Of a DNA stretch of 32,323 nt, positions 16,894-25,134 are shown piece after piece (the first letter of the stretch is position 1; every line of letters starts with the position of its first letter). The notes under the pieces were generated by a model. It searched no databases, was not told the origin of the DNA, and was given only the letters and a program-made list of their open reading frames with translations. A program made the translations under genes and the position numbers. This DNA is from Candidatus Methylomirabilia bacterium. GTDB taxonomy: Bacteria > Methylomirabilota > Methylomirabilia > Rokubacteriales > CSP1-6. The stretch spans positions 1 to 32,323 of the forward strand of contig JBGPYK010000002.1 in assembly GCA_041493245.1 (NCBI GenBank), given 5' to 3'.

Positions 16894-18151
16894 TCCCGGC
16901 GCCCGCGCCGGCACGCTCGAGGAGCTGCGCCAAGTCATCCACCGCATCGAGCGCGCGCGTCCCTTCCGCGTAGCCCCCGACCCGCCGGAAACGGTCCTCG
17001 GCGGGCAGCTCGTGGAGACGGAGGCCGGCCCGCTCCTGACGGTCCGTCGCGAGTTTCCGCTCGACCACCGCCACGGCTGCGTGGCCCTCGGCGGGGCGCT
17101 ACGGGTCTCCGAGGAGGCGCTCCGCGTCCTCTCGCGCGACGAGACGCTGCCCGAGCCGCGCCGCCTGCTGTTCCTCGACACGGAGACAACGGGGCTCGCG
17201 GGAGGGACGGGCACATACGCGTTCCTGGTCGGGACGGGCTGGCTCGAGGATGACCGCTTCGTCATCGTTCAGCACTTTATGCGTGACCTCGACGAGGAGC
17301 CCGCCCTTCTGGCCGCGCTGACGCCGCTTCTCGAGCGCGCAAGCGGGCTCGTGACCTTCAACGGGAGCGGCTTCGACGTCCCGCTGCTCGAGACGCGGTT
17401 CATCCTCGGGCGGCGCCGCTGGCCGGCGACGCTCCCCCACGTCGACCTGTTGTGGCCGGCGCGGCGAGTGTGGGCCGCCCGGTTCGTGGACTGCCGGCTG
17501 GGGACGCTCGAGCGGGAGGTCCTCGGCCACGTGCGCGACGAAGACGTCGCCGGCGCGCTGATCCCATCGCTCTACTTCGAGTTCCTCCGCCGGCGCCACG
17601 CGGCTCCCCTCGCCCCCGTCTTCACCCACAACCGCCACGACGTGCTCTCGCTGGTCGCGCTGCTCGGCTGGCTCGGCCACGCCCTCGCCCCCGGCGAGCA
17701 CGGCGTCGAAGACGCCCTCGACCTCGCCGGCCTGGGACGGCTCTGGGAGCGAATCGATCCCGCGCGCGCGGCCGTCTGCTACCGCGGGGCGCTCGCCGCG
17801 GGGCTGCCGGCGCCCGAGGCGCACTTGGTCCGGCTCCGGCTCGCCGGCTGGGAGAAGCGGTGGGCGCAGTGGGAGGCCGCCTGCGCCTTGTGGGAGGCCG
17901 CAGCCGCGACCTCGACGTTCGATCCGCGACCGTGGGAGGAGCTGGCGAAGTACCACGAGCACCGCGCGCGGGATTTGGCCGCCGCGCGCGTTGTGGTCAC
18001 CACGGCGCTCCGCCGGGCCGAGGCGGCCCTCGCACCATCGCCGATCATTGGCGCGCTCGCCTACCGGCTGGCGCGGCTCGGCCGCCGGTTGGGGCGACGC
18101 GGACGTATCATGGAGCCAGCGCTGGAAGACGAGCGCAGTGAAGGTGTATGA
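16877..18151 (+). CDS. RNase H-fold DEDDh exonuclease with C-terminal TPR-like domain (MrfB/YprB-like)
   Basis: FLDTETTGL is Exo I, TFNGSGFDVPLL is Exo II and HNRHDVLSL is Exo III (H-x4-D). A helical-repeat C-terminus follows (WEELAKYHEHRARDLAAA). The start is uncertain. GTG 16877 is the last canonical start before the conserved region and overlaps the helicase stop by 17 nt. The track start at 16577 is implausible. Confidence 0.75.
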   Translation: MPSPADPGARAGTLEELRQVIHRIERARPFRVAPDPPETVLGGQLVETEAGPLLTVRREFPLDHRHGCVALGGALRVSEEALRVLSRDETLPEPRRLLFLDTETTGLAGGTGTYAFLVGTGWLEDDRFVIVQHFMRDLDEEPALLAALTPLLERASGLVTFNGSGFDVPLLETRFILGRRRWPATLPHVDLLWPARRVWAARFVDCRLGTLEREVLGHVRDEDVAGALIPSLYFEFLRRRHAAPLAPVFTHNRHDVLSLVALLGWLGHALAPGEHGVEDALDLAGLGRLWERIDPARAAVCYRGALAAGLPAPEAHLVRLRLAGWEKRWAQWEAACALWEAAAATSTFDPRPWEELAKYHEHRARDLAAARVVVTTALRRAEAALAPSPIIGALAYRLARLGRRLGRRGRIMEPALEDERSEGV

Positions 18152-18209
18152 CGTCAAGGGCACGGCTCCACGTTAACGAAGCGGATTCCCTTCGAAGGGG
18201 GGTGCGAGC

Positions 18210-18465
18210 ATGAAATCGGAAATCTCGCCCGAACTTCGCGACCTCGTTGAGCGGGCAGAGTTGGCGCACCAACGCTTCTACGTCGGCGAACTCAGGAATC
18301 GACTCGAGCAGACTGCCTGGGGGGAAGTACGTCGCGCTCCACATCGATACTGGTGAATACCTCGTCGCCGACAGCCAGGATGCGGCGCTCGGCGAGTTTC
18401 GCGCTCGGTTCCCAGGCATCCTCGCGTACACCGTTCGGATCGGCGCCCCGCGACTCGTCGCCTGA
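18210..18465 (+). pseudogene. Small DUF5678-like protein gene split by a frameshift in a G6 run (pseudogene, assembly error or slippage site)
   Basis: Frame A runs from ATG 18210 (SD GAAGGGGGG upstream): MKSEISPELRDLVERAELAHQRFYVGELRNRLEQTAWG, then stops at 18354. Frame B (+1) continues as (G)KYVALHIDTGEYLVADSQDAALGEFRARFPGILAYTVRIGAPRLVA to TGA 18465. The frames meet at GGGGGG 18319-18324, and removing one G gives one continuous ORF of about 84 aa. Confidence 0.6.
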
Positions 18466-18524
18466 TGTCGGTGCTGGGTGACGTCGTAGACGGCCTGGTT
18501 CAGCGGCTCAGCGGACGACTGGCG

Positions 18525-19484
18525 TCACGGGACCGGCGTCAACGGGGGCTTGCCCTCCAGGACGGCGAGACAGTTCTTCACCGCGAGCGAGGCCATCGCC
18601 AGCCGGGTGTCGAAGGATGCGCTGGCGATATGCGGGGCCAACACGACATTCGAGAGATCGAGCAACGCCGGGTTGATCCGCGGCTCCTCCTCGAACACGT
18701 CGAGCCCGGCCCCGGCGATCCAGCGCTCGCGTAAGGCCCGGCCCAGCGCGGCCTCATCCATCACGGGCCCGCGGGCGGCGTTGACGAAGATCGCCGTCTT
18801 CTTCATCTGCCGCAGCGCGCGCTCGTCGATCAGATGGCGGGTTTCCGGGAGCAGCGGGGTGTGCACGGTGACGAAGTCGGCCTCCCGCAGCACGGTGTCC
18901 CGGTCGGCGTACGTCGCCCGCAGCTCGCGCTCGACGTCGGTCCCCGCAGGCACGGCGTCGTTGTAGAGGACGCGCATGCCGAACCCCAGCGCGCGCCGGG
19001 CCACGGCCCGTCCGATCCGCCCGAACCCCAGCACGCCGAGCGTCTTGCCGTGCACGTCCATCCCCCACAGGACCTCCCACCCCCACTGCTTCCACTGGCC
19101 CGATCGGACGTAGTGGTCGGCCTCGACCACCCGACGGGCCGCGGCCAGGAGCAGCGCCCACGTGAAGTCGGCCGTCGTCTCGGTGAGCACGTCGGGCGTG
19201 TTGGTCACGACGACGCCGCGGCGGCGGGCGGCCGGAACGTCGATGTTGTTGTAGCCGACGGCCACGTTGGCGACGACCTTCAGTGCAGGGGCTGCCGCGA
19301 GGACCTCGTCGTCGATCGTGTCGACGATCTGGCAGACGAGCCCGTCCCGCCCGGCAAGCCGCTCGATCAGCTCGGCCTTGGGCAACGGGTCGGCGCCCTT
19401 GTGGATCTCGACGGTGAACCCCTGAGGGATCAGCTTGACGGCCTCGTCCGGTAAGGCACTGGAAATAAGGATATTTAGAGACAC
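18525..19484 (-). CDS. D-isomer-specific 2-hydroxyacid dehydrogenase (glyoxylate/hydroxypyruvate reductase or D-glycerate dehydrogenase type)
   Basis: ...GKTLGVLGFGRIGRAVARRA is the NAD GxGxxG motif. FVNAARGPVMDEAAL and LDVFEEEP...NVVLAPHIASAS carry the catalytic R/E/H. I chose GTG 19484 because GAGGGGG lies 5 nt upstream. The track start at 19514 would overlap the groES promoter. Confidence 0.85.
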   Translation of the reverse strand: MSLNILISSALPDEAVKLIPQGFTVEIHKGADPLPKAELIERLAGRDGLVCQIVDTIDDEVLAAAPALKVVANVAVGYNNIDVPAARRRGVVVTNTPDVLTETTADFTWALLLAAARRVVEADHYVRSGQWKQWGWEVLWGMDVHGKTLGVLGFGRIGRAVARRALGFGMRVLYNDAVPAGTDVERELRATYADRDTVLREADFVTVHTPLLPETRHLIDERALRQMKKTAIFVNAARGPVMDEAALGRALRERWIAGAGLDVFEEEPRINPALLDLSNVVLAPHIASASFDTRLAMASLAVKNCLAVLEGKPPLTPVP

Positions 19485-19506
19485 TCCGACCCCCTCTAAT
19501 TTCCCC

Positions 19507-19535
19507 TTGAGCACTTGCCGATGAGGCGGTATGTT
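19507..19535 (+). promoter_or_regulatory. Sigma70-type promoter of groESL (TTGAGC-N17-TATGTT)
   Basis: TTGAGC lies at 19507-19512, followed by a 17-nt spacer and TATGTT at 19530-19535. The -10 element overlaps the left arm of CIRCE, as is usual for HrcA-controlled promoters. Confidence 0.6.
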
Positions 19536-19560
19536 AGCACTCTCTTTAGTCGAGTGCTAA
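19534..19560. promoter_or_regulatory. CIRCE operator (HrcA binding site)
   Basis: TTAGCACTC-tctttagtc-GAGTGCTAA is a perfect match to the consensus TTAGCACTC-N9-GAGTGCTAA. It lies 96 nt upstream of groES. Confidence 0.93.
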
Positions 19561-19655
19561 CGAGGTAGCCGCGTGATCATGAGTACTCAAGCCGGCGCGG
19601 AGGGACGACAAGGCAGGCGCTCCGCGTCCACCACCCCTACAAGGAGGCAGGTTCG

Positions 19656-19949
19656 ATGGCGATGAAGATTCGTCCGCTACATGACCGGATTCTCGTGAAG
19701 CGCCTCGAGGAGCAAGAGGTCAAGAAGGGCGGGATCATCATTCCCGACACCGCGAAGGAGAAGCCGCAGGAGGGCAAAGTCATCGCGGCCGGCAACGGCA
19801 AGGTGGGTGACGACGGCAAGAAGATCCCGCTCGACGTGAAGGCCGGTGATCGCATCCTGTTCGGCAAGTACTCCGGTTCCGAGGTCAAGATCGAGGACGA
19901 CGAATACCTGATCCTCCGGGAGGAGGACGTCCTCGCGATTCTCGAGTAA
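19656..19949 (+). CDS. groES: Co-chaperonin GroES
   Basis: [48 protein letters not shown]... The SD AAGGAGG is upstream. Confidence 0.96.
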   Translation: MAMKIRPLHDRILVKRLEEQEVKKGGIIIPDTAKEKPQEGKVIAAGNGKVGDDGKKIPLDVKAGDRILFGKYSGSEVKIEDDEYLILREEDVLAILE

Positions 19950-20028
19950 CGGGTCGGCAGCGACGATCACGGGTCAAGCTCGCGATCATCGCCGAGCCCA
20001 CGACCATCCCCGACTCAACGATCAATAA

Positions 20029-21666
<1,638 letters not shown>

Positions 21667-21714
21667 CCGCCAAGCAGGGTGACGGGCGCAACGCGCCCGA
21701 ACACCGGATCATTT

Positions 21715-21767
21715 GTCCGAGGGGGGCCGACCCCCCTCGGACTCCCCCGGCAGACAGCCGGAGGGGG
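21715..21767 (+). repeat. GC-rich double hairpin, REP-like intergenic element (copy A)
   Basis: Hairpin 1 is GTCCGAGGGGGG-ccga-CCCCCCTCGGAC, a perfect 12-bp stem at 21715-21742. Hairpin 2 is CTCCCCCGGC-agaca-GCCGGaGGGGG at 21742-21767, with one bulge. The core CCCCCCTCGGaCTCCCCCGGC recurs at 27017-27037. Confidence 0.7.
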
Positions 21768-21812
21768 AAGTGGCGCTCGATTCAGTTCAGCTCACGCGAT
21801 GCGTGAGCGGCG

Positions 21813-21851
21813 GCCCGGGCCGCTCCGGCGGCTCGGGCCGTATCGTTTTTT
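21813..21851 (+). terminator. Probable intrinsic terminator of groESL
   Basis: GCCCGGGCCGC-tccg-GCGGCTCGGGC is an 11-bp stem with one mismatch. The sequence cgtatcg and then TTTTTT (21846-21851) follow. A further perfect 8-bp hairpin, GCTCACGC-gat-GCGTGAGC, lies at 21790-21808. Confidence 0.5.
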
Positions 21852-21940
21852 GGGCGTTGACCTTGCCGCGCCGAGGGATGTTTGATAGCCTAAGGCGCTT
21901 CGAATTCGATGTCCCAGGGCCCCAAGGGGGGTGAGTCGTT

Positions 21941-22282
21941 CTGCGGCCTTACGAAATTCTCGTGATCGTTGATTCTCGTCCCACCGACGAAGAGGTCGCG
22001 ACGCTGCTCGCGCAGCTCTCCGACCAGATCAAGTCGCTGGGTGCCGAAGTGATCAAGCTGGAAAACTGGGGGAAGCGCCGTATGGCGTACGACGTTCGCA
22101 AGCAGCGCGAGGGGACGTACGCTGTGCTGGAGGTTTCTGCCGAGCCCTCGACCGTCAAGGAGTTCGAGCGGCAGCTACGGCTGAACGAAAGCGTCCTGCG
22201 CTTCCTGTCCACGCGGGTTCCCATCCGGAAGAAGAAGGCTCGGCCGGCAAAAACTCAAGAGGTGCTTGAGGAGGTCGGTTGA
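21941..22282 (+). CDS. rpsF: 30S ribosomal protein S6, probable CTG start
   Basis: (M)RPYEILVIVDSRPTDEEVATLLAQLSDQIKSLGAEVIKLENWGKRRMAYDV... The conserved S6 N-terminus (R-x-Y-E-I) lies upstream of the track start GTG 21962. An in-frame TGA at 21932-21934 leaves only GTC, GTT and CTG (21941) as upstream codons. The SD GGGGGGTGAG ends 6 nt before the CTG. Confidence 0.8.
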   Translation: MRPYEILVIVDSRPTDEEVATLLAQLSDQIKSLGAEVIKLENWGKRRMAYDVRKQREGTYAVLEVSAEPSTVKEFERQLRLNESVLRFLSTRVPIRKKKARPAKTQEVLEEVG

Positions 22283-22701
22283 TGGCGAGCCTCAACAAGG
22301 TCTTCCTGATCGGCAATCTGGTCCGGCCCCCGGAACTGCGGTACACGCCGAGCGGCACCGCCGTGGCGGATCTCCGTCTGGCGGTGAATCGCAGTTACAC
22401 CACGCAGGGTGGCGAGAAGCGGGAGGAGACGTGCTTCCTCACGATCGTCGTCTGGGGCAAACAGGCCGAAGCCTGTGGTGAGTATCTCGACAAGGGCAGC
22501 CCGATCCTCGTCGAGGGCCGGCTGCAGACCCGCGAGTGGGAAGCCAAGGACGGTCAGAAGCGGGCCGTGGTGGAGGTCGTAGCCGAGCGCGTCCAGTTCA
22601 TGGGGCGCGGCAAGGCGCCCGCCGGCGCGGCCGTGGCGGCCGCCGAGCCCTTCGCCGAGGAAACGTCGCCGGCCGCCGCGGACGACGACGTCCCATTCTA
22701 A
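22282..22701 (+). CDS. ssb: Single-stranded DNA-binding protein
   Basis: MASLNKVFLIGNLVRPPELRYTPSGTAVADLRLAVNRSY... is an OB fold, followed by a flexible Ala/Pro tail and the acidic tip DDDVPF. The ATG overlaps the rpsF stop (TGATG). Confidence 0.93.
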   Translation: MASLNKVFLIGNLVRPPELRYTPSGTAVADLRLAVNRSYTTQGGEKREETCFLTIVVWGKQAEACGEYLDKGSPILVEGRLQTREWEAKDGQKRAVVEVVAERVQFMGRGKAPAGAAVAAAEPFAEETSPAAADDDVPF

Positions 22702-22739
22702 TGAAGGAGGAATAAGCCATCCCAAGTCCTCAGAAGCCC

Positions 22740-22967
22740 ATGAAGCGCCGCCGGTTTGGGCGGCGGAAGATTTGCAAGTTCTGTGCTGAGAGGGTTGACC
22801 TCGTCGACTACAAGGACGTCCGCCGGCTCCGGAGCTTCGTCACCGAGCGCGGCAAGATCATCCCGCGGCGTATCTCGGGGAGCTGCGCCCGCCACCAGCG
22901 TCAGCTCACGCACGCCATCAAGCGCGCGCGCACGGTGGCGCTCCTGCCGTACGTGGCCACAGACTAG
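22740..22967 (+). CDS. rpsR: 30S ribosomal protein S18
   Basis: [71 protein letters not shown]. The start is somewhat uncertain because the strong SD at 22704-22710 is 29 nt upstream of this ATG. Confidence 0.88.
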   Translation: MKRRRFGRRKICKFCAERVDLVDYKDVRRLRSFVTERGKIIPRRISGSCARHQRQLTHAIKRARTVALLPYVATD

Positions 22968-22976
22968 GGGATGGCG

Positions 22977-23423
22977 ATGAAGGTCATTCTCCTGGACGAC
23001 GTGGCGAAGCTCGGCCGCCGGGGCGAGGTGCGCGACGTCTCCGACGGGTTCGCCCGCAACTTCCTCATCCCCAAGAAGCTCGCGCTCACCGCCACCGCCG
23101 GCAACCTGAAAGGCCTGGTCCACATCCAGAAGCAGCAGGAGGCGAAGGCCGACCGCATCAAGGCCGACGCCGAGGCGCTCCGCGGTCGGATCGAGGCGCT
23201 CGTCTACGAGGAGCGGCGCCAGGCCTCTGAGGAGGGGGGTAAGCTCTTCGGCTCCGTGACCGCGCAAGACGTGGTCGATTTCCTACAGCGGCACACGGTC
23301 AAGCTCGAGCGGCGGCGCGTGCATCTCGACGAACCCATCAAGGCGCTCGGCGAGAGCGTCGTCGCCATTCGTTTGCATCCCGAGGTGACCGCGCAGCTCC
23401 GAGTGAACGTCGTCCGCGAGTAG
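22977..23423 (+). CDS. rplI: 50S ribosomal protein L9
   Basis: MKVILLDDVAKLGRRGEVRDVSDGFARNFLIPKKLA... I prefer ATG 22977 (GGGGA 6 nt upstream). ATG 22971 is the alternative. Confidence 0.9.
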   Translation: MKVILLDDVAKLGRRGEVRDVSDGFARNFLIPKKLALTATAGNLKGLVHIQKQQEAKADRIKADAEALRGRIEALVYEERRQASEEGGKLFGSVTAQDVVDFLQRHTVKLERRRVHLDEPIKALGESVVAIRLHPEVTAQLRVNVVRE

Positions 23424-23480
23424 TCGCGCCACCGGACGACACGCGACCCCCGAGATCATGGTTTCGGGAGTCGACGTTTC

Positions 23481-23553
23481 TATCCACCTGCCGTCCACGC
23501 CGTGTCCACAGAGTTCCGTCGGGTATCCACCTGGTGTCCACGGCATGTCCACA
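23481..23553 (+). promoter_or_regulatory. Phased array of six DnaA-box-like heptamers T(A/G)TCCAC (one is CGTCCAC)
   Basis: The boxes start at 23481 (TATCCAC), 23492 (cGTCCAC), 23503 (TGTCCACA), 23524 (TATCCAC), 23535 (TGTCCAC) and 23546 (TGTCCACA). All have the same orientation, with spacings of 11, 11, 21, 11 and 11 bp. An inverted GTGGAC lies at 23591-23596. The array sits in the 216-bp rplI-dnaB gap. Confidence 0.5.
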
Positions 23554-23639
23554 AAAGCGGACGCGCGGACGATTTTCGTTGACGAACGCCGTGGACCCGC
23601 TCAAGGATCATCGCCGATGCTTCGTGGTGACACGCGCGC

Positions 23640-25016
23640 ATGAGCCCCCTGGTAGTTCCTGCGCGAATTCCGCCCCACAACCTGGACGCGGAGCGCGCGG
23701 TGCTCGGCGCCGTGCTCCTGGAGGGCCGGGAGGCCCTGCCGCGCGTCATCGAGATTCTGCGACCCACCGACTTCTACACCGAGGCCCACCGTGTCGTCTT
23801 CGTCACCATGCAGACGCTCTTCGACCGCGGCGAGCCGGTCGACCTCATCACGCTGAGCGAGGAGCTGCGCCGGCAGGGCCAGCTCGACTTCGTGGGCGGG
23901 CCCGCGGCGTTGGCGCTGCTCGTCGAGCAGGCCTCGATCGCCTCGCACTTGATCTCATATTCGAACATCGTCCGCGACATGGCCGTCCTTCGGGAGTTGA
24001 TCCAGACGTCCAGTCAGCTCATGACCCAGGCCTTCGAGGCCAAGGAAGACGTACAGGTGCTGGTCGACGACGCCGAGCGCAGGATCTTCAGCCTGGCGGA
24101 GCGCCGACTCGAGGGCAGCGCGTTGCCCGTGGAGCGCATCCTCAAGAACACGTTCGAGTACATCGAGCGGCTCTACGAGCGGAAAGAACACGTCACCGGC
24201 GTCGCGACTGGCTTCGAGAAGCTCGATGTCGAGACCGCGGGTTTCCAGCCCTCGGAGTTCATCATCATCGCCGGCCGCCCCAGTATGGGGAAAACCGCCT
24301 TTGCGCTGAACATCGCCCAGCACGTGGGCGTGAGCTTGCGGGGCAGGGTGCTCGTGCTCAGCCTCGAGATGTCGGCGTCGCAGCTCGTGCAGCGCATGCT
24401 CTGCTCCGAGGCCAAAGTCGACTCGCAGCTTGTGCGGACAGGGCGCCTGAGCTCCTCCGACTGGCATCGACTCACCGCCGCCGCTGGCCGGCTGAGCGAG
24501 GCCAAGATCTTCATCGACGACAGCCCCGGGCTCACGGTGCTGGAGGCGCGGGCCAAGGCCCGGCGCATGAAGGCGGAGCACGGCCTCGACCTGCTCATCA
24601 TCGACTACCTCCAGCTCATGCGCGGCCGGGCCTCCATCGAGAATCGCCAGCAGGAGATCTCGGAAATCTCGCGCTCGCTCAAGGCCCTGGCCAAGGAGCT
24701 GATCATCCCCGTCGTGGCCCTGTCCCAACTCTCCCGAGCCGTCGAGGCGCGCTCCCAGCGCGACTTCCGCCCCCAGCTCTCGGACCTGAGGGAATCGGGT
24801 GCGCTTGAGCAGGATAGCGACTTGATCCTGTTTCTCTATCGACAGTCTGTGTATAAGGGGGATGACCTCCCTCCCGACGAGGCCAACATCGCCGAGGTGA
24901 TCATCGGCAAGCAGCGGAACGGGCCGATCGGGACGGTGAAGGTGGTGTTCCTCCCGCAGTACGCCCGCTTCGAGAACGTCGCCGACTACCATCGGCAACC
25001 TGAGCCCTCGTTCTAA
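23640..25016 (+). CDS. dnaB: Replicative DNA helicase DnaB
   Basis: 458 aa: PPHNLDAERAVLGAVLLEG..., Walker A GRPSMGKTAFALN, IIDYLQLM and the SQLSRAVEAR...LSDLRESGALEQDSDL motifs. There is no intein. Confidence 0.95.
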   Translation: MSPLVVPARIPPHNLDAERAVLGAVLLEGREALPRVIEILRPTDFYTEAHRVVFVTMQTLFDRGEPVDLITLSEELRRQGQLDFVGGPAALALLVEQASIASHLISYSNIVRDMAVLRELIQTSSQLMTQAFEAKEDVQVLVDDAERRIFSLAERRLEGSALPVERILKNTFEYIERLYERKEHVTGVATGFEKLDVETAGFQPSEFIIIAGRPSMGKTAFALNIAQHVGVSLRGRVLVLSLEMSASQLVQRMLCSEAKVDSQLVRTGRLSSSDWHRLTAAAGRLSEAKIFIDDSPGLTVLEARAKARRMKAEHGLDLLIIDYLQLMRGRASIENRQQEISEISRSLKALAKELIIPVVALSQLSRAVEARSQRDFRPQLSDLRESGALEQDSDLILFLYRQSVYKGDDLPPDEANIAEVIIGKQRNGPIGTVKVVFLPQYARFENVADYHRQPEPSF

Positions 25017-25134
25017 GCGTCGGTGCCCAACATGGTGGTCAGGCGGCCGGCCGCCTCCAGGCCTCGGCCGGTGTCGGCGACGCCGGGAGGCCCGCCTGAT
25101 CTAGCGGTTCACGGCGCATCGCTCCGCGAGTATC

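Noticed and set aside
14311-17265. 984-aa minus-strand ORF
   Set aside because: It is antisense to the MrfA-like helicase, has no motifs and is Arg/Pro/Gly-rich. The plus-strand frame carries all helicase motifs.
14539-18151. Interpreting the DUF1998 helicase cassette as a DISARM- or Druantia-type anti-phage system
   Set aside because: There is no methyltransferase, no PLD nuclease and none of the large accessory genes nearby. The partner gene matches the YprB/MrfB exonuclease, so the MrfAB repair-type reading is more parsimonious. The question is kept open in the findings.
18108-18431. 107-aa minus-strand ORF
   Set aside because: It is antisense to the frameshifted DUF5678-like gene and overlaps the mrfB-like 3' end. 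It has no start context and no motif.
21679-21934. 68-aa and 73-aa plus-strand ORFs in the groEL-rpsF gap
   Set aside because: They cover the hairpin, terminator and promoter region. The sequences are low in complexity and Gly/Pro/Arg-rich, with no SD.
22701-22715. Mini-ORF ATG AAG GAG GAA TAA and a strong SD (AAGGAGG 22704-22710) between ssb and rpsR
   Set aside because: The mini-ORF is most simply the SD sequence read as codons. The SD is 29 nt from the rpsR ATG, and the only in-frame codon at proper spacing is ATC 22719. I noted a non-canonical start as a possibility, but it is too speculative to call.
23458-23643. 61-aa plus-strand ORF across the rplI-dnaB gap
   Set aside because: It simply translates the TCCAC repeat array (…HLPSTPCPQ…PPGVHGMST…). 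It has no SD, and the periodic DNA repeat explains the sequence better.
25042-25055. Perfect 14-nt palindrome GGCGGCCGGCCGCC after dnaB
   Set aside because: It has no loop and no U-tract. Such G/C palindromes are expected by chance at this base composition, so it does not support a terminator call.
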